Below are positions 38,160 through 47,415 of a DNA stretch of 63,227 bases, one piece after another. The position numbers and the translations under genes are program-made. Source of the stretch: Sphingomonas sp. (GTDB lineage: Bacteria > Pseudomonadota > Alphaproteobacteria > Sphingomonadales > Sphingomonadaceae); NCBI GenBank assembly GCA_025935515.1, contig JAICVC010000001.1, forward strand, positions 1 to 63,227, written 5' to 3'. The notes under the pieces are model-generated. The model was given only the letters and a program-made list of their open reading frames with translations. It ran no database searches and was not told the origin of the DNA. The number at the start of each line of letters is the position of its first letter. Within the stretch, counting starts at the first letter, position 1.

Positions 38160-39166
38160 CGTTGCGTCATCCATGACGGCGGGGCTCCAGGCCGATCGCC
38201 GAGTCTCGGCGCCGACGGATGGCGATCCGCGCGGCGCGGCCAGAAACCAAGTCGCAACAGGTCGAGCCCGGCGGCACGGCTTCGAAAGCCGGGCTTGACC
38301 AAGGCCTTCAGGATCGCGACGAAACGGCCCGCAAGCAGAGCAAGATCGGCTCCAACTACCGACCAGCCGCCGCCAGTGAGCGCGAAATAGCGCCGCCGGG
38401 AGCGATACCAATAGGCCGGAAGGCGCGAAACGGAGGCGCTTTCGCCCAGCCCGGTCGAGGCGCCCTCCAAATGAACCACCCGGCTTTCGGGCACGTGGCG
38501 GACCGTCCAGCCATGTCGCTGAAGCCGATGCATTAGCTCGACTTCATCGAAATAGAGGAAGAAGCCGTCGTCGAAGAGCCCGGTGTCGCGCAGCGCCGCC
38601 ATCCGGAACATCGCACTCGCGCCCGTAACCCAATCGACGTCTCTTGCTTCGTCGCCGAGCACCGGCGCTCGCTCGACGCCGAACAATCGCCCCAGCTTCT
38701 CCGATTGGGACCCATTCACGAGCTCGAGGCCGGCCGACGGAAAATAGAAGGCCGACGCGCTGGGCCGGCCGTCACCATCCACGAGCTGGCTCCCGGCGGC
38801 GCCGCACCGGAGGTCCGCGCGAAGTTCCTGCACCAGCTTCGTCACCGCCCCCGCCAGGACGCGCGTGTCGGGGTTCAGCAGGTGAATGAATTCCGGTGGC
38901 TGACGATCGAGCGCCAAGGTCAGGATCGCCTGATTATTGGCCCACCCGAACCCGCCGTTGATCGGGAGAGGCATGAACGACGCCCAGCCTTCATATTCCG
39001 GACGGCCAATCGCCTCCGCCAGCACGCCAGCCGACTCGTCTCCCGAGCCGCCGTCGACGACGACCGCGCGGAGGCCTGGAAGCGACTGCCGCTCCCCGTC
39101 GAGCGCGGCCAGGCAGTCGATGGTCAGCTGCGGCGTCCGATAATTGACGATGACGACGGCGACCAT
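38156..39166 (-). CDS. Glycosyltransferase family 2 (rhamnosyltransferase-like)
   Basis: VIVNYRT, VDGGSGD, NGGFGWANN, LLNPD, FDDGFFLYFDEVE. Confidence 0.9.
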   Translation of the reverse strand: MVAVVIVNYRTPQLTIDCLAALDGERQSLPGLRAVVVDGGSGDESAGVLAEAIGRPEYEGWASFMPLPINGGFGWANNQAILTLALDRQPPEFIHLLNPDTRVLAGAVTKLVQELRADLRCGAAGSQLVDGDGRPSASAFYFPSAGLELVNGSQSEKLGRLFGVERAPVLGDEARDVDWVTGASAMFRMAALRDTGLFDDGFFLYFDEVELMHRLQRHGWTVRHVPESRVVHLEGASTGLGESASVSRLPAYWYRSRRRYFALTGGGWSVVGADLALLAGRFVAILKALVKPGFRSRAAGLDLLRLGFWPRRADRHPSAPRLGDRPGAPPSWMTQR

Positions 39167-39397
39167 GGCGCCGGCAGCAGCGCTTTGGGCGGGCCTACGG
39201 GGCATCGGGCCCGCCGAACCGAACAAGGCGCGTCTCGCATCTCATGCCCGGCCATTAGTGGCTGGCGACGACCCGTCCAGCAAGCGGGCAGCGATATCCC
39301 AGGATTTGTCCCGCTTTCGGACGCCGGCCGGCCAGCTCCGTCTGGGGCGCCGAGGTCGGCTTGGCTTGGATGGCGCCCCGATTGTAAGATGCCGCCG

Positions 39398-40225
39398 ATG
39401 CTCCAGTTCGCCCGATGCAAGGATTATCTGTCGCTCGACCCGGCCGAATGCCGCGAGCTCGGGCGTTCGCTTGGGCAACGCTACCAAACCGCTGCGCCCT
39501 TCCCTCATATCGTCATCGACGATTTCCTCGACCGTGACGTGTTGAAGGCCGTTCTCGCCGAATTCCCCGCGAGCGACGGGAAGCAGTTTTTCGATCGCGA
39601 CCAGGAGCGGCTGAAATTTCAGTATCAGCCGCTCGAGATTTCGTCAGGGGTCACCCGCAACCTGTTCGCCGAGCTCAACAGCCAGGCTTTCCTCGGCTTC
39701 CTCGAAGAGCTGACCGGGATCGCGGGGCTGGTATCGGATCCCTATTTCGAAGGCGGCGGGCTGCACGAAACCAAGCGCGGCGGGCACCTCGGCGTCCACG
39801 CGGATTTCAACGTCCACAGCAAGCTCAAGCTCGAACGCAAGATAAACCTGCTGATCTATCTCAACGAAGATTGGGACCCGGGCTTCGGCGGCGAGCTGGA
39901 GCTGTGGGACCAGCGCATGAAGGAGTGCGCGGTGCGCGTCGAACCCGTGTTCGGCCGCGCGGTATTGTTCAACACCAACCTCGACAGCTTCCACGGCCAT
40001 CCCGATCCGCTCAATTGCCCGCCCGAGCGCTCGCGCCGCTCGATTGCGACTTATTATTATGCCGCCTTCGAGGACGGCGTGGCGGCGGCGCCCAAGCGCA
40101 CCACCAATTTCCAGCCGCGGCCCGGAAGCGCCGACAAGACCGACTGGCAGATCCGCCGCTTTCATTTCGTCAACGACTGGGTCCCGCCCAAGCTGCAGCG
40201 CCTCGCGCACCGGCTCATCGGCTGA
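39398..40225 (+). CDS. 2-oxoglutarate/Fe(II)-dependent oxygenase
   Basis: PFPHIVIDDFL, GGGLH, HAD (HxD), LLIYLN, GGELELW, SFHG, RRSIATYYY. Confidence 0.88.
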   Translation: MLQFARCKDYLSLDPAECRELGRSLGQRYQTAAPFPHIVIDDFLDRDVLKAVLAEFPASDGKQFFDRDQERLKFQYQPLEISSGVTRNLFAELNSQAFLGFLEELTGIAGLVSDPYFEGGGLHETKRGGHLGVHADFNVHSKLKLERKINLLIYLNEDWDPGFGGELELWDQRMKECAVRVEPVFGRAVLFNTNLDSFHGHPDPLNCPPERSRRSIATYYYAAFEDGVAAAPKRTTNFQPRPGSADKTDWQIRRFHFVNDWVPPKLQRLAHRLIG

Positions 40226-40231
40226 CCAACG

Positions 40232-41113
40232 TCAGGCGGCTCTGCTCTTCCTGGCTTTGTCGAACTCGCGGATCAGGGCGACGGTGTTCTCGATATTTGC
40301 CCGGCCCGATGCCCCGAACACGATCGATTCCACATATGGCTCGTTAGTGACCCACTCGATTGCTTCGCGCGGGGGGATGCCGCCCGAGGCGAACACCGAC
40401 ATGGCGATCACCCGCGCGGGATATTTCTCCGCGGCCTCGCGATAACCGTCGATCCCGCCGCTCATCCGGAAGCCCGCCTTGTTGACGTTGGCGCAGACGA
40501 TCGGGTTGTCGACCCCGGCCTCGTGCAGGGCGCGCAGCAGCTTGGGCAGGTTCATCGTGAAAAAGCCCGCTTCCGCATTGTAGCGCCGCTTCACGTATCC
40601 CGCGAAGCTCGCGAACACCTCGTTCGCGCCGAGGCCGAGGATCAGGTCGGTGACAACGTTCTGAAGGAAGATGACGGGGGTCTCGAGGCCCGCGAACATC
40701 TTCATCTCGGCGTCGACCAGCATGGCCATCACGGCCTCGATGTCCTTGCCGAGGACGGCGCGCGTGCCGCGGGTCAGCGTATCGACCATCCCCCCGCTCG
40801 GAATCAGCTTCTTGAGCGCGCCAATGTAGCCGAGCTCGGTCACGGCGTTCGCATATTTGTGCGCGTAGGGCATGCCCGGGTAGAAGCGGAAACCCTTCCA
40901 TTTGTCGGGACTTGCCCGGACTTCGTTGGCGATCAGCCCGACCGTATCGTGGGTCGTGCACATGAAGCCGGTGACGCCCGCGTCGAGCGCGGACTGCAGC
41001 ACGCCAAGGATCGCGCCCAGGTCCTGGAATTTCATTGCCTGCTGGCGCGCCTTATCCTCCGAGAAATGATTGATACCGAAGAACTGGTTATCGCCGAAAA
41101 GAATGCGTTGCAC
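40232..41113 (-). CDS. Hypothetical protein, probable TIM-barrel/aldo-keto-reductase-like fold
   Basis: GDNQFFGINH N-terminus, AMSVFASG, IVFGAS; operonic with the WecG-like gene. Confidence 0.65.
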   Translation of the reverse strand: MQRILFGDNQFFGINHFSEDKARQQAMKFQDLGAILGVLQSALDAGVTGFMCTTHDTVGLIANEVRASPDKWKGFRFYPGMPYAHKYANAVTELGYIGALKKLIPSGGMVDTLTRGTRAVLGKDIEAVMAMLVDAEMKMFAGLETPVIFLQNVVTDLILGLGANEVFASFAGYVKRRYNAEAGFFTMNLPKLLRALHEAGVDNPIVCANVNKAGFRMSGGIDGYREAAEKYPARVIAMSVFASGGIPPREAIEWVTNEPYVESIVFGASGRANIENTVALIREFDKARKSRAA

Positions 41114-41114
41114 G

Positions 41115-41951
41115 TCAGCTCCCGTTGATCGCCGCGGATCGCGTCGGCTCGACGACCGGTGATGTGAATGATGGGGCTCGGTATAGGCCGAAGCGGTCGA
41201 GCAGCACGAGCCAGAAGAACTCCAGCGTCCGGGTGTAACGCCGCCAGTAGCGCCTCGGCTCGGTCGTCATGCGATAGACCCATTCGAGCCCGTTGCGGGT
41301 CATCCACGCCGGCGCGCGCTTCACCGCCTCCGCTTCGTAATCGATCGTCGCTCCGACCCCCATGTAGACCTTGACCCCCGGCATCCGCGCACGGTGACGG
41401 TCGATCCAGATTTCCTGCTTCGGCGCGCCGAGGCCGACGATCAGGCAGGTCGCGCCCGACGCGTTGATCATTTCGATCGCCTCGTTCGTTTCTTGCGTGT
41501 CATTGACGAAGTTGAACGACGGCCCGATCGCGCCGACCACGATATCGCGACCGGCAAGGCGGTTGATGCGCTCGCGCGCCATTTGGGCGATTCCGGGCTT
41601 CGCGCCGAGCAGGAAAATGCTGACCGCCGGGTTGTTGGTGTGATGCCGCCAATAAGCCGGCACGATGTCCGAGCCCGAAGACTTCTGCTCGATCGGTCGG
41701 CCGAGGAAGCCTAGCCCCCAATAGACATATTTGCTGTCGGACGAGACCAGCGCCGCATTGCGATAGGCGGCGGCGAAGTCGGGGTTCCGCTGCAGCCAGT
41801 AGAGATGGTCGGGGTTGAGCGTGAACAGGATGCCCTCATCGAGCTCCTCGACGATCTCCTGCACCGTCAGGCTGTCGACCCAGGCATTGAGGATGCGGGA
41901 TCGGTGCCAGCGCCGGCCGCCGGCGCTTCGGGGTTGGACGTCGGCTGCCAT
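41115..41951 (-). CDS. WecB/TagA/CpsF (WecG-like, GT26) glycosyltransferase
   Basis: TLNPDH, GSDI, FLLGA, GLGAPKQE, GVGATID, RAPAWM...GLEWVYR...EPRR. Confidence 0.92.
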   Translation of the reverse strand: MAADVQPRSAGGRRWHRSRILNAWVDSLTVQEIVEELDEGILFTLNPDHLYWLQRNPDFAAAYRNAALVSSDSKYVYWGLGFLGRPIEQKSSGSDIVPAYWRHHTNNPAVSIFLLGAKPGIAQMARERINRLAGRDIVVGAIGPSFNFVNDTQETNEAIEMINASGATCLIVGLGAPKQEIWIDRHRARMPGVKVYMGVGATIDYEAEAVKRAPAWMTRNGLEWVYRMTTEPRRYWRRYTRTLEFFWLVLLDRFGLYRAPSFTSPVVEPTRSAAINGS

Positions 41952-43048
41952 TAGCGGGTGAAGACGCGCGCCAGCAGCGACTTTGGCGCTTCCGCCGGGC
42001 GCGGCGCCGGGGTCGATGGCGACGGGGCAGCCGCGGCACGCGCCCGGATCATTTCGATCGTCGAGTCGGTCGCGGCGGCGGCGGCGAAGTCGTTCCGCTG
42101 CGGTTCTTTCTTCAGGATCGCCCGCCCGAACGCCTCGAGCTGCGCGCTATATTCCTCGCCGCGGAGGTAGAAGCTGACCGGCTCGGTGAGATCGGTGATA
42201 TGCTTGACGGTCCACCCCTCGCCATACCCATCCGGCACCGCGCGCTTGCCGGTCAGGAACAGCTGGAGCTCGGTGCGGTCGACATACAGCTTGCCGGCTT
42301 CGCCCCACACCGAGACCTTGGTGGTCATCTTGCGAACCGACGGGTCCGACCAGTCGACCGACACCTGCCCAACAACGCCGCCCGGAAATTGCAGCAGCGC
42401 ATGGGTCTGGTCCTCGACCTCGGCGCTCAAGTGCCGCGTCAGCGAGGCGCCGAGGCAATGCTCGGGCGCGCCGAACATCCAGTTGAGCAAATTGATCGGG
42501 TGCGCCGCATAATCGTGGAGGCAGCCGCCCCCCTGCCCGGCCTTGCCGCGCCACGTCGGCTTGGTCCGGCGCAGCACCACCGGCCCATAGGATTCGGCGA
42601 GCGCATGGCTGACCTTGCCGAGCGCGTCGCCGGCGATTAGTCGCGCCGCCTCGGCGAAGGTGCCGACATAGCGATTGTGATAGCCGACCTGTGCGACCAC
42701 GTCCTTCCTCGCCGCAAGCTCGGCCAATTCCCGGCTCGCCGCCGCTTCGAGGGTCAGCGGCTTTTCGGCGAACACGTGCAGTCCCCGGTGGAGCGCCTTG
42801 CGGATCATCGGTTCGTGCGCGATGCTCGGTGTCGCGATCAGGACGGCATCAAGCTCCTTGAGCTTCAGCACCTCGTCATAATCGTTAAAGCCGTTGAGGC
42901 CGGTCGTCTTGCCGAGCACGTCCGTGACCAGCTTCGAATTGTCGCACACCGCGACGACCTCGAAATCGTCCAGCGCATTGGCGATGCTGAGGTGGGACAC
43001 CCCCATCTTGCCAAGGCCGATGACCGCCAACCGAATTGCCACGCACAC
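41951..43048 (-). CDS. Gfo/Idh/MocA family oxidoreductase
   Basis: IGLGKMG, IATP..H, VFAEKP, VGYHNRY, GGGCLHDYAAH. Confidence 0.9.
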   Translation of the reverse strand: MCVAIRLAVIGLGKMGVSHLSIANALDDFEVVAVCDNSKLVTDVLGKTTGLNGFNDYDEVLKLKELDAVLIATPSIAHEPMIRKALHRGLHVFAEKPLTLEAAASRELAELAARKDVVAQVGYHNRYVGTFAEAARLIAGDALGKVSHALAESYGPVVLRRTKPTWRGKAGQGGGCLHDYAAHPINLLNWMFGAPEHCLGASLTRHLSAEVEDQTHALLQFPGGVVGQVSVDWSDPSVRKMTTKVSVWGEAGKLYVDRTELQLFLTGKRAVPDGYGEGWTVKHITDLTEPVSFYLRGEEYSAQLEAFGRAILKKEPQRNDFAAAAATDSTIEMIRARAAAAPSPSTPAPRPAEAPKSLLARVFTR

Positions 43049-43138
43049 GCCCCTTCCGAAGAGAGTTGCACGGATGCGCTAGGCCTCGCGGACGGTCAAG
43101 AACGCCTAGGCCAAAGTCCCGCGATGAAACTGTCGAAA

Positions 43139-44158
43139 TCAGGCGGCGGCGCGGTTGAAAATCTTGCGCACCGTTTGTGCCACGCCGGCCGAAGGTGAGA
43201 GCTGCTCGATCGCCACGATCTTGCGCTGCGCCCCTTCGCGGCCGAGCTGAACAACGATGTCGATCACCGAACGCGCATAATCGATCGTCTCGCTGCGCGA
43301 GAGGCCGAGGCCCGTCTGCATCACCATCAGCGCAAGCTGCTCGAGCGCGCCGCTGGTGGAGTTCGCGTGGATGGTGCTGAATGAGCCGGGGTGACCGGTA
43401 TTGACTGCGCGCAGGAAGCTGACCGCCTCCTTGCCGCGCAGCTCGCCGAGCAGGATTCGGTCGGGCCGCAGCCGAAGCGCGGCCTGGAGCAAATCATCGG
43501 TGCTGATCAGCGCCTCGCCGAGTTCGCCCTTGACCGCGATCAGGCCGAGGTCGTTGGGCCCATGGAGCTGCACTTCGGCGGTATCCTCGACGACGATCAC
43601 CCGCTCTTCGACAGGCACTTCGCGCATCAGCGCGTTGAGGAAGGTCGTCTTCCCGGTGGAGGTGCCGCCGCTGATCAGGATCGTCTTGCGGTCGCTCACC
43701 GCCTCGCGAAGGAAGCCGATCGGGTCTTCTTCGGGCGAGCTCGCCGCAGCCTTCTGGACCGGCTGCAGCGGCCCCGACGCATAAGCCTCCAGCGGCAAAT
43801 CCAGCAGGCAATGGCGGCGAATCGCGAGCGCCCAGTGCGCGCGCGTCGCGGTCGGCGCGACGAACTGGACCCGGGCGCCGTTCGGCAGCATCGCCGCGAG
43901 CAGCGGACGCTCGCGGTTGATGCCCTGGTTGCTGACCCGCGCGACCTGCTCGGCGAGGCGCTGAAGCAGCGAGTCGTCGACCGCGGGCGCCTCGTGCCGG
44001 GTCATCGCCCCGCGCTGCTCGGTCCATACCTCGCCCGGCCGATTGACGAGCAATTCGGTGACGTCGGGCTGGTCCAGCCAGCCGCGAAACGGCTCGAGAT
44101 AAGCTTCGAGGAATGGATCCACGCCCGCAGTCTCTGGAAGCTGAGCTTCCTCGCTCAT
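43139..44158 (-). CDS. virB11: Type IV secretion ATPase VirB11
   Basis: ELLVNRPGEVW, GGTSTGKTT Walker A, VEDTAE, LRLRPDRILLGELRG, NTGHPGSFSTIHAN. Confidence 0.95.
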   Translation of the reverse strand: MSEEAQLPETAGVDPFLEAYLEPFRGWLDQPDVTELLVNRPGEVWTEQRGAMTRHEAPAVDDSLLQRLAEQVARVSNQGINRERPLLAAMLPNGARVQFVAPTATRAHWALAIRRHCLLDLPLEAYASGPLQPVQKAAASSPEEDPIGFLREAVSDRKTILISGGTSTGKTTFLNALMREVPVEERVIVVEDTAEVQLHGPNDLGLIAVKGELGEALISTDDLLQAALRLRPDRILLGELRGKEAVSFLRAVNTGHPGSFSTIHANSTSGALEQLALMVMQTGLGLSRSETIDYARSVIDIVVQLGREGAQRKIVAIEQLSPSAGVAQTVRKIFNRAAA

Positions 44159-45330
44159 CCGGCAGCGCCCTCGCCCGACGAGAAGATCAGGTCGCGCGCG
44201 GTGAAAACCCGGATCGGCTCGCCTTGGCGAACCTTGATGGTCGGGCCGCGATTGTCGCGCTGCATCGCGGCCGACGCCGCGTTCTGGCCGCCGCCGACGA
44301 TCACCGTCGACGCCCCGCCGCTCGCGAGCGAGCTCGCGCCACCGAGGATCGACAGCAGGATCGCCGATCCGAAGCGCGAGAAGAAATGGCTGTTGACCTG
44401 CCCGCCGATGCCGGCCTGGCCGGTGAAGTCAGCCGCCGGAGAGGCGAGCGCAACCGATACGCCATCCGGGCGCACCAGCCGAGTCCAGATCAAATAGGCG
44501 CGGCGCTGGCCCGCCTGGGTCGCCGCCTTATATTCGCCGATGAGCCGCGACGAACGCGGGATCAGCACCTTGCTGCCGTCGAACGAGCGGACGTCCTGGC
44601 TGACCACCGCGCGGACATAGCCCGGCACGTCGGTGTCGATGGCGGTCTCCAGCACAGCCGGAATCAGCGTGCCTTGCACGACCGTGCCGGACGGGTCGGC
44701 GAGCCGGGTCGAGCGGGCGGAGCTGTTGTCGCCGATCATCCCGCGCGATGGGTTGGCGCCCGCGAGCATGGTCGGCGCGCCGTCGGTGTCCCGCGGCGTA
44801 TTGGGACCGGCGGCAGCCGTCATCCCCTGCGGCGTGCTGCCGTCGTAGACCAGGACGGGCGAGGTCCCGGGCGCCGGCATGCCGGGCGACATGGCCGTCA
44901 TCGGGCCGGGCGCGGCGCCCGTCATCGGCGCCGGCTGACCGGTCATCGGAAACGTGCCCGGAGGCGCCGCCATCGGTTTGCCGGGGACGCCGGCCGTAGC
45001 CATGGGCAGTCCCGCCTGCGGCTGAACCTGCGACGCGGTCGCCGGTGCGGTCGTGGGATTGCGGCTCGAGCTCAGCGAGACGAAGGTCGCGACTCCAAGC
45101 ACCAGCGCGATCGCCCCGCCGGCGGCGAGGCCAAGGTTGTCGCGACGGGTCTTCTGCCCAGCGACGATCGGATAGGCGTTCTGGCTGGCGACCACCAACG
45201 CCTGGTCGCTGAGCTCCAGCCGCGGGTCGGTTTGCGGCACCGGCGCCGGAAGCGCGGAGCGAACCGGTTCCTCCCACGGCCCTCGGACCGTGTTGCCGGG
45301 CATGTCGATGACGACTCGATTAGTGCTCAT
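44155..45330 (-). CDS. virB10: Type IV secretion protein VirB10/TrbI
   Basis: N-terminal TM and Pro-rich linker; GTLIPAVLETAIDTDVPG, LIP..SRLIGEY, WTRLVRPDG, FFSRFGSAIL, PTI.V.QG. Confidence 0.93.
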   Translation of the reverse strand: MSTNRVVIDMPGNTVRGPWEEPVRSALPAPVPQTDPRLELSDQALVVASQNAYPIVAGQKTRRDNLGLAAGGAIALVLGVATFVSLSSSRNPTTAPATASQVQPQAGLPMATAGVPGKPMAAPPGTFPMTGQPAPMTGAAPGPMTAMSPGMPAPGTSPVLVYDGSTPQGMTAAAGPNTPRDTDGAPTMLAGANPSRGMIGDNSSARSTRLADPSGTVVQGTLIPAVLETAIDTDVPGYVRAVVSQDVRSFDGSKVLIPRSSRLIGEYKAATQAGQRRAYLIWTRLVRPDGVSVALASPAADFTGQAGIGGQVNSHFFSRFGSAILLSILGGASSLASGGASTVIVGGGQNAASAAMQRDNRGPTIKVRQGEPIRVFTARDLIFSSGEGAAG

Positions 45331-46249
45331 TGGCGGTATCCGTCAGCTGGTCGCTGTAAAGCGACGTCATGTTGGCGAGCTTCACCGTCGAACCGGCAGT
45401 GCTCACCTGGGCGGGTGCCGGCTGCTTTACTGGCTGGGTAACGGGCGCATTGGCCAGCGGAACGGCCGGCTGGGCCGCGGCTGCCGCTGCCAGCCGGCTG
45501 ACCGGAGCATTACGCGAATTGGTCGGCGTCGGAAGGATCCGCCGCGACGGCCACAAGGTCGCGCTGCGCTTGCCGTAGCGAAGGACCAGGTTGGGCGGGA
45601 TCGGGCTGACGATGATATATTCGCCGCTCATCCGGTAATTGACCGGTCCCTCCTTGCGGTCCTCCGACAAGGTCAGGATCGCGGGGAGCGGCGTCTCCTT
45701 GTCCCACGCCAGGTACAGCGACGCTCCATCATCGAAGACACGCGCCGGAAGGAGCTTTCCGTTGCCCTTCTTGTTCCAGTCGAAGTGCAGCTTCTCCGCC
45801 ACCACTGCGGCGCGCGGCTGGGTTGTCGCGGCGGCCGCCTGCTGGGCGGGCTTCGACGCCGTCTCGACCGGCTTTTCGTTCGGATAGCTGAACTTCAGCG
45901 CGTAAACCGGGGCCGCGGCTTTTTCGCCGGCGACAAGGTCGAACATGTAGGTGCGCTTGTCGGTCACGACCGTCATGTTGGTGCGGCTGTGCGAGTTCAG
46001 CGGCTTCACAAACAGCAGGCTCGCCCGGCGGTTGGGAGTGATTTGCCACGCCGACGAATCGCCGACCGCGACGTTCTCGATCCGCTCGTCGGGCGCAAAC
46101 TCGATCGTCGACTGGATCCCGGCCTTGCCGAGGATCTTCACGATCGCGTTCGGATCATAAGCCTGGCTGCGGATACGGTTGTCCGCGGCCTCGGCTGCAC
46201 CGATGCAGCCCAAGATCGCGAACGCGGCAAAACCAATCTTGCGGATCAT
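45320..46249 (-). CDS. virB9: Type IV secretion protein VirB9/TrbG
   Basis: Signal peptide, DNRI...YDPN, E.I.NVAVGDSSAW, LFVKP, TNMTVVTDKRTY.FDL, VFDDG, VNYR. Confidence 0.92.
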   Translation of the reverse strand: MIRKIGFAAFAILGCIGAAEAADNRIRSQAYDPNAIVKILGKAGIQSTIEFAPDERIENVAVGDSSAWQITPNRRASLLFVKPLNSHSRTNMTVVTDKRTYMFDLVAGEKAAAPVYALKFSYPNEKPVETASKPAQQAAAATTQPRAAVVAEKLHFDWNKKGNGKLLPARVFDDGASLYLAWDKETPLPAILTLSEDRKEGPVNYRMSGEYIIVSPIPPNLVLRYGKRSATLWPSRRILPTPTNSRNAPVSRLAAAAAAQPAVPLANAPVTQPVKQPAPAQVSTAGSTVKLANMTSLYSDQLTDTANEH

Positions 46250-47415
46250 CGCAGCATTTCTCTTGAAACATTGTTGTGGGACACGCCGGCAACGCGGTGA
46301 TGCAGATAGCGGAGCTGACTCCGCACATCCTGCGATCCCCCCGCCAGCTGGGGGACGGGTGCGGGAAGCGCGGGCTGCAATGCAGCGGTAGTCGCAATTC
46401 GGTGGCTGGTCGCCATCGTCTCGATGCTCGCGACCGTGCTGCGAACACGGTCCGACGCAATGGCCGGCGCGGCAGCAGCAGTCGGAGCGGACATGAGGGG
46501 TCGCTCCTGATGGACGCCGCCGAAGCCCAAGGCATGGGCCGGCGCAGCTGCTGCGGGCGCGCGCCCAAGCCGCCAGCCGCGAGTCAGGTTCGCTGCCACC
46601 TTCAGCACGAGCAGCATCAGCGACAGGTAAATAATCGATGCGACCAGGATCGACACCGCGGTCCGCAGCGGGATTTCGCCGCCCGTTTCGGCGAGGCCGG
46701 CGATCATCGGGGCGATCGCGACCAGCGCACCGCTTCCCATCACCACGGTGAGCAGCGGCACCAGCGCGAACATTGCGACGCTCTTGAGCCAGCCTTCGAA
46801 CAGACCCCGCGTGCCTTCGAACAGCGCGAGCACGATGAACACCGGACCGATGATCAGCAACGCGGCTAGCGCCAGCCGGCAGACGACGAGCACGCCGACC
46901 GTCCCGAGGAGGAGGATCAAGGCCGCGATCGACAGGATGTTCGGCGGCGAGGCGAACCCCGGAGCGGCCGCCACCGTCGCCGGATTGATATTGCTGACCG
47001 CGTCGGTGATCGCGCCGAACATCCCGTCAAGCTGCTGCGCGAAGATCAGGGTGGCCGAACCGTTGGTTCCGACCAGCACGCTCGCGATTTCGTCCGGCGC
47101 ACCGGTGGCAAGATTCCAGACGACCGACTGGTAGGCAATCCACGAGGTCGCGAAGGTCAGCACGAGACCGAGCGTCATCATCCGCGGCGTCAGGACCGAC
47201 ACCCGGAGCGCGGACCGGCCGGTCAACAGGTTGAACGCAAGCAGCGCGATATACAGCGTGAGGATGATCGTCAGCGCGGTCGTGAAGCTGCCGTGCGCCC
47301 CGAACAGCCGTCCGAAGGACACTGCCGTTGCATCGTTCGCCAGGCAGTCGACCTTGGACAAGGCGTCGGCGACGCCGGCCGGACCTTCAGCACCAAAGGG
47401 AGCGCACTGGCTCAT
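46246..47415 (-). CDS. virB6: Type IV secretion protein VirB6/TrbL
   Basis: Multi-TM; LTLYIAL, GPVFIVLALFEGTRGLFEGW motif; position in the operon. Confidence 0.88.
   Translation of the reverse strand: MSQCAPFGAEGPAGVADALSKVDCLANDATAVSFGRLFGAHGSFTTALTIILTLYIALLAFNLLTGRSALRVSVLTPRMMTLGLVLTFATSWIAYQSVVWNLATGAPDEIASVLVGTNGSATLIFAQQLDGMFGAITDAVSNINPATVAAAPGFASPPNILSIAALILLLGTVGVLVVCRLALAALLIIGPVFIVLALFEGTRGLFEGWLKSVAMFALVPLLTVVMGSGALVAIAPMIAGLAETGGEIPLRTAVSILVASIIYLSLMLLVLKVAANLTRGWRLGRAPAAAAPAHALGFGGVHQERPLMSAPTAAAAPAIASDRVRSTVASIETMATSHRIATTAALQPALPAPVPQLAGGSQDVRSQLRYLHHRVAGVSHNNVSREMLR

Noticed and set aside
38705-39397. Long N-terminal extension of the 2OG-Fe(II) oxygenase
   Set aside because: It overlaps the opposite-strand GT2; the recognisable domain begins near 39398.
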